From Staphylothermus hellenicus DSM 12710 (GTDB taxonomy: Archaea > Thermoproteota > Thermoprotei_A > Sulfolobales > Desulfurococcaceae): a stretch of 32,000 nucleotides of DNA. The DNA is taken from contig NC_014205.1 of the NCBI RefSeq assembly GCF_000092465.1, positions 690,001 to 722,000 of the forward strand. The letters run 5' to 3'. The notes under the pieces are model-generated. The model saw only the letters and a list, made by a program, of their open reading frames with translations, was not told the DNA's origin and made no database searches. Positions 25,193 to 32,000 of the stretch are shown here, piece by piece (within the stretch, counting starts at the first letter, position 1; every line of letters starts with the position of its first letter). Both the position numbers and the translations under genes were made by a program.

Positions 25193-25432
25193 CTTATAAA
25201 GCGAGCTTGAAGAAAAACAATAGAATAATCCCCTGACTTAAAAATCTTAGTCTTACCGACAAAAAACACTTGATCCAAGCTGGTTTTTCCATAAAATTTA
25301 AGTCGCCAACGCCCTGTAACCCCCCGGTTTCACGGGATAATAATACATTGCTCAAGTAAAAATAATGCTAACCTGACGATTTAGCAATACATTAACAGCT
25401 AGGAAAGAAAAAAATTTCGTCTAATTTCAGTT

Positions 25433-25522
25433 CTTTCTATGTTGCTACATGCATGGATAGAGAATGCTGTTTTCACACCCCTCAAAATCTTTCAATTCTT
25501 TTTGTGTTGTTACTTTGGTTCG
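25433..25522 (-). CRISPR. Mini CRISPR array A (2 repeats, 1 spacer), minus-strand orientation
   Basis: Repeat at 25498-25522 reads GTAACAACACAAAAAGAATTGAAAG as reverse complement. A degenerate distal repeat lies at 25433-25457. The 40-nt spacer is 25458-25497. The leader-proximal repeat abuts a leader copy homologous to that of array B. Confidence 0.7.
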
Positions 25523-25671
25523 AATACGTTGTTACATTTTTGTTTTTCTTCGAAGGACTATATATTATTTTCTCTATTTGATCCCTTGGTTGATCTTGTT
25601 CGACTGTTTTTCTATAGGTTTGATAGTATCGCTGGGGTGTTGATTGGTTTGTATAATGTGAAGTGTTCGAT
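25523..25671 (-). promoter_or_regulatory. CRISPR leader A (inverted homologue of leader B)
   Basis: The reverse complement of 25523-25671 aligns with 26055-26212. The first ~43 nt next to the repeat are near-identical apart from one A indel, and similarity is roughly three-quarters further out by eye. A TATA-like ACTATATATTA (25566-25576) lies about 49 nt from the first repeat. Confidence 0.6.
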
Positions 25672-26054
25672 TATGTTGCGTAGTTGTTTATGGGTTTTTC
25701 CGGTATGGAGGTTGCTTGATTATTTTTGTTTTGTCATTGTGTTGTTCATATATTTTATGGATGATTTTAGATTTTGATTAGATTTATTTAGAAGAGGAAA
25801 TATGTGAGGAATTGTTTTTGTGGAGTCTGAATGGTTGTATAGTATTAAATATTGATCATATTCTTTACGACTTTCTAAGCTTTACTAGATAATGATTGAA
25901 AATGTATAGCGTGTCCACATATAATATGATTAATGCCATACTCTTCATCATCATTATATGAAAACATAAATACACATTGTAGTAATACGAAGCGAAAACA
26001 ACCAAATACTATAACTATAATGGTAAATAGTACAGCAAACAATAAAGAAAACCA

Positions 26055-26212
26055 GTCGAACACTTATCATTATACAAACCCGTCGGGGGGTCAGTGATAC
26101 TATTGAATCTATAGTTGGCTGTTCGAACACGAACAGCGCAGATTAATCATAGAAAAGCATATATATCTGGTTCGAAGAAAAACAAAAAATGTAACAACGT
26201 ATTCGAACCAAA
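26055..26212 (+). promoter_or_regulatory. CRISPR leader B
   Basis: A/C-rich sequence directly upstream of the first repeat of array B. A TATA-like GCATATATATC (26157-26167) lies about 50 nt from the first repeat. Hairpins: GCTGTTCG-AACA-CGAACAGC (about 26123-26142) and GGTTCGAA...TTCGAACC (26169-26209). Confidence 0.65.
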
Positions 26213-26498
26213 GTAACAACACAAAAAGAATTGAAGGCTAACGTTTTCCTTATTGATCACTAAGAATATGGTATGTATGTAACAACACAAAAAGAATTGA
26301 AGGTTGAAAATCAGCATACGCTCTGGTCCTCTCGGTGCAAAAGTAACAACACAAAAAGAATTGAAGGACATTTAGCGATGTTGAATATGTATATATATGT
26401 GATGGCACGTAACAACACAAAAAGAATTGAAGGCCAATATCCTTTTGTAACAGTTCATTAAGATATTGCCTCAGTAGCAATCTAGAAAGAATTGAAAG
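26213..26498 (+). CRISPR. CRISPR array B (5 repeats, 4 spacers), plus-strand orientation
   Basis: The 25-nt repeat GTAACAACACAAAAAGAATTGAAGG occurs at 26213, 26279, 26343 and 26409. A degenerate terminal repeat GTAGCAATCTAGAAAGAATTGAAAG lies at 26474-26498. Spacers are 41, 39, 41 and 40 nt. The repeat 3' end ATTGAAGG/ATTGAAAG matches the 8-nt crRNA 5'-handle type known from archaeal Cas6-processed repeats, which sets the orientation. Confidence 0.9.
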
Positions 26499-26508
26499 TT
26501 ATTTATAT

Positions 26509-26913
26509 TCATTTACGTTCTAGGCTGAATGGGTTGGGAAATAATTCTTTCAGATTCCTTATAATGGTCTTGCCAGTTTTTACGCTATGCATTATTATGG
26601 TTGTTTCAGGATTAAACTCAGCTATAACTTGTCTGCAAGCTCCGCAAGGGGGGATAGGTTTATCTAGATCGGTAACTATTGCTACAGCTACTGGTTCCCG
26701 TTCGCCAGCAGTTATCATTGCTGATATAGCTGATCTCTCTGCACATATTGTTAAACCATAACTAGCATTTTCAACATTAACTCCTAAGAAAACATTACCG
26801 TTTCTAGTTAGAATAGCTGCTGCTACGTGTATGCCACTATATGGTGCATAACTATTCTTTAAGACGCTCTTAGCTTTCTCAATTAAGAAATCTATGTTGA
26901 GGTTTTCCACCAT
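26509..26913 (-). CDS. cdd: Cytidine deaminase
   Basis: 134 aa with zinc-binding motifs CAERSAI and PCGACRQ, typical of homotetrameric cytidine deaminases. Confidence 0.9.
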   Translation of the reverse strand: MVENLNIDFLIEKAKSVLKNSYAPYSGIHVAAAILTRNGNVFLGVNVENASYGLTICAERSAISAMITAGEREPVAVAIVTDLDKPIPPCGACRQVIAEFNPETTIIMHSVKTGKTIIRNLKELFPNPFSLERK

Positions 26914-26979
26914 ACTGTATCATCTAATATGGTTTTTCTACAATAATATGTAAGGGAGAAGAATAAGTATTTTATTATC

Positions 26980-27253
26980 TTACCATATAACATTAACATT
27001 TTCTTTTTCGGCAACATATCTAAGATCCTTATCTCCTGTTATAATAGGAGCATTTTTCCTCTTAGCTAATACTATCAATGTAGAATCAACTATGCTTAAT
27101 CTCCTATTCCTTAGGCTAGGTATTCTTGATTTTTTAAGAATATCATCTCCTCTAACTTTGATCTGGGCTACTTCTGCATATTCTTCGGATCTTATCATAT
27201 GCTATGGCTAGAAGAGTATATGTATCACTGATTACTTCTTTCTCCTCTTCCAA
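26980..27253 (-). pseudogene. vapC: PIN-domain VapC-like toxin gene, apparently frameshifted
   Basis: The track ORF 26980..27198 encodes only the C-terminal half of a PIN domain (SIVDSTLIVLAKRKNAPIITGDKDL). The N-terminal half, with the first conserved Asp (EEEKEVISDTYTLLAIAYDKI), is in another frame at 27152..27253, starting at TTG 27253. The two frames must be joined near 27185-27198. Confidence 0.55.
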
Positions 27254-27354
27254 AACTCTTCCTCCTCAAGATCTAGTTCTAACTCTGCTTTTTCAGCTGA
27301 TCCCTTGCCTTTACAACAACACCACACTTTCTCCCATAGATCAAGAGGTTTCAA
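27232..27354 (-). CDS. Possible remnant of a small antitoxin-like ORF upstream of the PIN gene
   Basis: A 40-codon TTG-initiated ORF (KPLDLWEKVWCCCKGKGSAEKAELELDLEEEEFWKRRKK) overlaps the PIN N-terminal segment by about 22 nt. The preceding residues NGKIALKPLDL resemble the ..NGVLKPL.. core of small archaeal antitoxins but are cut off by a stop. Weak. Confidence 0.2.
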   Translation of the reverse strand: MKPLDLWEKVWCCCKGKGSAEKAELELDLEEEEFWKRRKK

Positions 27355-27573
27355 CGCGATCTTACCATTTTATACCTTCAGTAGTTAAACTTATAAGTTT
27401 AACTAATAAGATAAACGATAAATCCACCTATAAATAGGCGGCTTAGAATAGTTAAAAGGATGATAAGCTAGTTGTGAAAATTGTTAATAATAGTAAAAAC
27501 ATAATTGATTAGCGTGTTTATTTTTATAGAGAAATGTGTTTGAATTTAAACCTCTACTACGATCTATAATGTT

Positions 27574-30500
27574 CTATAGTTGCTTTATCACTATAATGTA
27601 TTGTTCTCCTTGTATTTCCCATTCTTTCCTGTATCCTTGTATTTTTTCAAGTTGCTCAGGCGTGTCTATGTAGGCTAGTTTTTCTGATCTGGTTTCGTTT
27701 TTAATGTATTCTGTATATGGTTTTAATAGTTCAACGTGTTTTCTCGGTGCATAAATATATGTTTCTATTTTAGCATCTAATGGTAGGTTTATTTCTTTAC
27801 GCATTACTTGTATTCTTCTTATAAGATCTCTTGCTAGTCCTTCAGCTATTTCTTCTTCGGTGAGCCTAGTATCTATTGCTACACTTCCCCATTCACGTTC
27901 TTCAACGCTGTATCCTTCCACATATGATGGAGTGATTGATACTTGTTCTTTTGTTAATTTAATTTCTTGTCCTTCAATAATTGCTGTGTGTTCTCCCTTC
28001 CCAACAATATCTCTAGCTATACTCTCCTGATTCTCTCCAATATACTTAATCACCTTCTTGGCTAGCCTACGATATAATGGGCCAATAACTTTATAGATAG
28101 GTGAAACCCTGTATTTCACTATCTTCCCTATCTCAGCTACTGGTTTAGCTTCAACTTTTCTAACATTGATTAATCTAGCAAGTAATCCGCTGTGCTTCAA
28201 TGTTATCTCTCTTATTTCTTCCCTATCCGTATATACTGTGAGGGTTTTTACTGGTTGGCGAAGCTTTATTCCAGCCTTCATTCTAGCAGCAGCTGCTGCT
28301 TCATAGATTTCCCTGATCACATCCATTATTTTCTCTAAGTCCTCGTCAATGTATTCATCATCAATGCTTGGCCAGTCAAGTAAATGTATAGATATTGGCT
28401 GTTCAGGATCAGCTTTTCTAAATACTTCCTGGTATATTTTCTCCGCAAGGAATGGTGTGAAGGGAGCCATCATTCTCAGCCATTTCTCTAAAACATAGTA
28501 TAGAACTGTATAAGCTGCTAGTTTATCAGGCGTGTTCTCCTCGACCCATACACGAGGTCTTATTAAGCGGATATACCAGTGGCTAACATCTTCAACTATG
28601 AATTTGCGGAGCATTCTAGCTGCTTCATGTATATAGTATTTCTCAAGGTTTTCCGTTACTTTTTTGACAACACTATTTATGCGTGACAAGATCCATTTAT
28701 CCTCGTATCTTAAATGTTCTCTATAATCATCTATTCTGTGCTGGAGAGGATCATATTTGTCTAGGTTCATATATGTTGATGCAAATACAAATGTGTTCCA
28801 AGCAATACCTAGGTCTCTACGTATCTCATCTATACCTCTCCAAGAAAACCTTAGATCCTCCCATACAGTGTTTTGGCTGACCCAGAACCTTAAAGGATCC
28901 CTGCCAGCTCTTTCAATAGCCTCATCTGTCCCAACATAGTTTCCAAGACTTTTATGCATCTCTCTACCATGCTCATCCAACGCGAATCCATGAACTAAGA
29001 CTGTATTATATGGTTTACTCTGGAAACCCAGGACACCGGCACGTAGTAGTGAGAAGAACCATCCACGTATTTGATCATGTCCCTCCACTATGAAGTCCAG
29101 TATAATATCTTTAAGAGATAATTTTTCTGGATGACCCTTAGCTGCATAGAATGAAATAGCACTATCAAACCATACATCCATTACATCAGGAACACGTTTC
29201 ATCGGCTTACCACATATTGGACATTTTAGCTCGACCTCGTCTATCCATGGCCTATGAAGCTCCTTAGGCCTCTTTCCTCCAAGCTGCTCGAGCTCCTCTA
29301 CGCTTCCAATAACTACTCTATGACCCTCGGGACACTCCCATATAGGTAGTGGTGTCCCCCAGTATCTCTGCCTACTTATAACCCAGTCCTGAAGATTTTC
29401 AAGCATATGCATCATTCGGTCAAGTGCCCAGCTAGGTATCCAGTTAACTTTTTTCGCTTCATCTATTAGTTTCTCTTTTAGCTTGGTTACCCTAAGCACC
29501 CACTGCTTAGTAGCTCTCATAACTATGGGTGTTTTACAGCGCCAGCAAACAGGGTATTTGTGTGTTATTTGTGATGCATGGAGAAGAGCACCCCTCTCCT
29601 TTAGATCATTTATTATTTCGGGATTTGCTTCCCGAACTTTTTTACCAGCGAACTTGCCTGCTATACTAGTGAATTTGCCCTCATCATCTATTGGTGAAGC
29701 AATAAAATCTATTCCGATCCTTTTAGCAACTGCGAAATCCTCCATACCATGCCCTGGCGCTCCATGAACTAGTCCTGTTCCCTCAGTTGTTGTTACGAAT
29801 TCGGGCGCCAATACTACTCTATGATACTTGCTCAGCTTCTCCTGTAATGGAACAATATCTTTTAGTGGATGATCATATTCTAATCCCTCAATCTCCTTAC
29901 CGGGAAACTCTTCGAGGATCTCATATTCTTTAATTCCTGCTTCGCTCATTACTTTTTCCAGCCTAGGCTTGGCTAGAATATATATTTCTTCGCCGACTCT
30001 TACACGAACATATGTTATATCTGGATGAGCCATTACGAAAGTATTTGCTGGAAGAGTCCATGGAGTAGTTGTCCATATAAGCAAGTATTCCCTCTCTTTA
30101 CCCCTAACAGGGAATTTAACATAAATACTTGGATCAGTTAGAACCTTGTATTCAACCTCGTATTCTGCAAGAGTAGTCGAGCAACGAGGACACCAGTAAA
30201 CAACGCGCTCCTCTCTATCAAGTAATCCTTGCTCAGCAGCCTTCTTTATAAGCCACCATCCAGCCTCTATGTATTCATCTCTAAGGGTTAGATACGGGTT
30301 TTCCCAATCCATAAACACTCCTAGTTCTTTAAACCATTTAGTCAGGCTCTTAATATTGTTGAGAGCTAGTTTCTTACATTCATTAACAAACTTGTCCACA
30401 CCAATTTTTTCCTCAATTTCTCGTTTAACCTTAACACCAAGCTTTTGTTCAATTTTAACCTCTATAGGTAAACCGTGGCAATCGTATCCCGGCCTATCAA

Positions 30501-30750
30501 ATACGTTGTATCCCCGCATACGTTTATAGCGGAGAACAATGTCTTTCAATGTCTTGTTCCAAGCCGTACCAATATGGGGAACCTCACCGCTTGGATAAGG
30601 CGGGCCATCTATAAAGTTGAATCTATGAATAGATCTATTCGATTTCTCCTTGACTAATCTATAGATTTGGTTTTCATCCCAAAATCTTTTAACCCATTCC
30701 TCGACTTTGTGTGGATCATATTGTCCCTTTAGTTTTCCAATGATCGGCAA
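27574..30750 (-). CDS. ileS: Isoleucine--tRNA ligase
   Basis: 1058 aa class I synthetase. HIGH-type motif PHIGTAW, KMSKS-region variant HKSLGN, a CP1 editing-domain-size insertion, and CxxC pairs (CPRC, CWRC, CPIC). The overall layout is that of archaeal IleRS. Confidence 0.95.
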   Translation of the reverse strand: MPIIGKLKGQYDPHKVEEWVKRFWDENQIYRLVKEKSNRSIHRFNFIDGPPYPSGEVPHIGTAWNKTLKDIVLRYKRMRGYNVFDRPGYDCHGLPIEVKIEQKLGVKVKREIEEKIGVDKFVNECKKLALNNIKSLTKWFKELGVFMDWENPYLTLRDEYIEAGWWLIKKAAEQGLLDREERVVYWCPRCSTTLAEYEVEYKVLTDPSIYVKFPVRGKEREYLLIWTTTPWTLPANTFVMAHPDITYVRVRVGEEIYILAKPRLEKVMSEAGIKEYEILEEFPGKEIEGLEYDHPLKDIVPLQEKLSKYHRVVLAPEFVTTTEGTGLVHGAPGHGMEDFAVAKRIGIDFIASPIDDEGKFTSIAGKFAGKKVREANPEIINDLKERGALLHASQITHKYPVCWRCKTPIVMRATKQWVLRVTKLKEKLIDEAKKVNWIPSWALDRMMHMLENLQDWVISRQRYWGTPLPIWECPEGHRVVIGSVEELEQLGGKRPKELHRPWIDEVELKCPICGKPMKRVPDVMDVWFDSAISFYAAKGHPEKLSLKDIILDFIVEGHDQIRGWFFSLLRAGVLGFQSKPYNTVLVHGFALDEHGREMHKSLGNYVGTDEAIERAGRDPLRFWVSQNTVWEDLRFSWRGIDEIRRDLGIAWNTFVFASTYMNLDKYDPLQHRIDDYREHLRYEDKWILSRINSVVKKVTENLEKYYIHEAARMLRKFIVEDVSHWYIRLIRPRVWVEENTPDKLAAYTVLYYVLEKWLRMMAPFTPFLAEKIYQEVFRKADPEQPISIHLLDWPSIDDEYIDEDLEKIMDVIREIYEAAAAARMKAGIKLRQPVKTLTVYTDREEIREITLKHSGLLARLINVRKVEAKPVAEIGKIVKYRVSPIYKVIGPLYRRLAKKVIKYIGENQESIARDIVGKGEHTAIIEGQEIKLTKEQVSITPSYVEGYSVEEREWGSVAIDTRLTEEEIAEGLARDLIRRIQVMRKEINLPLDAKIETYIYAPRKHVELLKPYTEYIKNETRSEKLAYIDTPEQLEKIQGYRKEWEIQGEQYIIVIKQL

Positions 30751-30914
30751 AACCCTTCAACTCCTCTATACGCATTGCTTATTACTTTTTTAAAATAAGA
30801 ATTAATACATGATAAATATTTTCTAACCAGTAGATATGTGGAGTCTAATCTACAAGAATCTCTAAAATCATGTACATAACGACTATTAAGGCTAAACAAG
30901 AATACAGTTGAACA

Positions 30915-31937
30915 ATGAATAGGCAGGGGCGCGATATAATGCGGAGAGAAGCAATAGTTGCTGAAGACTTAAAGAAGAGATACATGACAAAGAAGAGGAA
31001 AGGATTGCTTAGAAGCGAGAAACAAGTAGTAGAAGCTCTTCGCGGTATAAGTTTTAAAATTTATGAGGGAGAAGTTGTCGGCTTACTAGGACCTAATGGT
31101 GCTGGAAAGACAACTACTGTAAAAATAATATCAACACTTCTAATACCGGATGAGGGAAATGCATGGGTATATGGATACCACGTGGTTAATGAAGCTAAAA
31201 AAGTACGTGAGAAACTAGGAGTAATGCTTACGGTTGAGAAGGGATTCTATGGAAAGCTCACGGGCCGGGAGAATCTAGAATATTTTGGAGCACTATATGG
31301 GTTAAAGGGAAAAGAGCTTAAGAAAAGAGTAGAATACCTACTGGAGCTCTTAGAACTCGAAAAACTTGGAGCTGGTGATAGATTATTTGAAGAATATAGT
31401 TTAGGTATGAAGGCAAGACTTAATCTTGCCAGAGCACTACTACGCGACCCACCTGTTCTACTCCTAGATGAACCAACTCTAGGCCTAGACCCGCCAAGTG
31501 CTAGGCGTATTAGAGAACTAGTAAAAACCCTAGCACATAAGCAGGGTAAAGCAATACTGTATACTACTCATAACATGTTTGAAGCAGAAATAGTTTGTGA
31601 TCGAATAATACTGATTAATAAGGGAAAAATAGTTGCTGAAGGAACCCCTGAGGAATTAAAGACTGCGATACCTAAGATTAAAACCATTAACCTTATTGTT
31701 AGAGGAACTGGAAGCGTTGACTCGATCTTTTCAGGTATAAACGCTGAGAAAGTATATGTTGAGCCAACTGATGGATTATACAATATTAAAATACAGGTTT
31801 ACAAGCCGGAGGAGATCATAGATATTCTGGTGAAGAAGCTTGTCAATAATGGTTTCGACATTGTCTCTTTAAAAATTGAAGAACCCACTCTCGAAGATGT
31901 ATTCATATATTTTGCTGAGAAAGGCGTTAAACAATGA
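30915..31937 (+). CDS. ABC transporter ATP-binding protein (ABC-2/DrrA-like exporter type)
   Basis: Walker A GPNGAGKTT, signature-region YSLGMKARLNLARAL, Walker B LLLDEPTLGLD, H-loop TTHN. The C-terminal extension is typical of ABC-2 ATPases. The start may be the internal Met at MRREAIV. Confidence 0.85.
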   Translation: MNRQGRDIMRREAIVAEDLKKRYMTKKRKGLLRSEKQVVEALRGISFKIYEGEVVGLLGPNGAGKTTTVKIISTLLIPDEGNAWVYGYHVVNEAKKVREKLGVMLTVEKGFYGKLTGRENLEYFGALYGLKGKELKKRVEYLLELLELEKLGAGDRLFEEYSLGMKARLNLARALLRDPPVLLLDEPTLGLDPPSARRIRELVKTLAHKQGKAILYTTHNMFEAEIVCDRIILINKGKIVAEGTPEELKTAIPKIKTINLIVRGTGSVDSIFSGINAEKVYVEPTDGLYNIKIQVYKPEEIIDILVKKLVNNGFDIVSLKIEEPTLEDVFIYFAEKGVKQ

Positions 31938-32000
31938 GCTTAACAGATCTAATATTGGCTGAAATGAAGTTTGTATACGGAGACATTATTCGTAGAAAAT
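31934..32000 (+). CDS. Start of the partner gene (probable ABC-2 permease), truncated by window end
   Basis: ATG at 31934 overlaps the upstream stop (ATGA). The translation reads MSLTDLILAEMKFVYGDIIRRK. Only 22 codons are visible, so the function is inferred from context. Confidence 0.35.
   Translation, partial: MSLTDLILAEMKFVYGDIIRRK

Noticed and set aside
25209-25220. GAAGAAAAACAA, a 12-mer identical to part of the CRISPR leader core, between array A and the mre11 start
   Set aside because: It is an A-rich low-complexity word, and the flanking sequence does not align with the leader. It is most likely chance.
25439-26480. Track ORFs 25439..25777, 25875..26063, 26147..26371, 26250..26480 and 26273..26461, with recurring FFLCCY peptides
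   Set aside because: They are translations of CRISPR repeats, spacers and leader sequence. The repeated QFFLCCY string is simply the repeat read in-frame. The 62-aa ORF 25875..26063 overlaps only ~9 nt of the leader-B homology block (26055..26063); most of it lies in the central spacer region. It is hydrophobic and has no start-site support.
27204-27437. 77-aa plus-strand ORF overlapping the vapBC-like region
   Set aside because: It lies antisense to the PIN N-terminal segment and the antitoxin-like ORF, has no motifs, and is better explained as a shadow ORF.

Overview
AT-rich archaeal chromosomal segment, roughly one-third G+C by eye (not computed). Gene content and the CRISPR repeat type suggest a hyperthermophilic crenarchaeon, possibly Desulfurococcales-like; this is inference, since no search was possible. 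Left to right: the 3' end of a molybdopterin oxidoreductase gene plus mobA; GAPN; a complete trehalose/maltose module (treT, trmB, malK-G-F-E-like); a DapB-like oxidoreductase and threonine synthase. Next comes a hypothetical gene split in-frame by a ~186-nt GC-rich, highly structured insert. Then a CPA2 antiporter, a HAD hydrolase, and an HhH-containing conserved protein. A tightly coupled five-gene minus-strand operon follows (mre11, nurA-like, herA, rad50 and an uncharacterised HSDR_N/PD-(D/E)xK-like gene). After it lie two small, divergently oriented CRISPR arrays with inverted duplicated leaders and no cas genes in the window. The window ends with cdd, a decaying vapBC-like module, ileS, and an ABC-2 exporter pair. 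The most unusual items are the split gene with its structured insert (12786-13790), the atypically ordered DNA-end-resection operon with an extra nuclease-like gene, and the cas-less twin arrays, one of which is transcribed towards that operon. All family assignments rest on motifs read from the translations and on recalled family signatures; none was verified by search.
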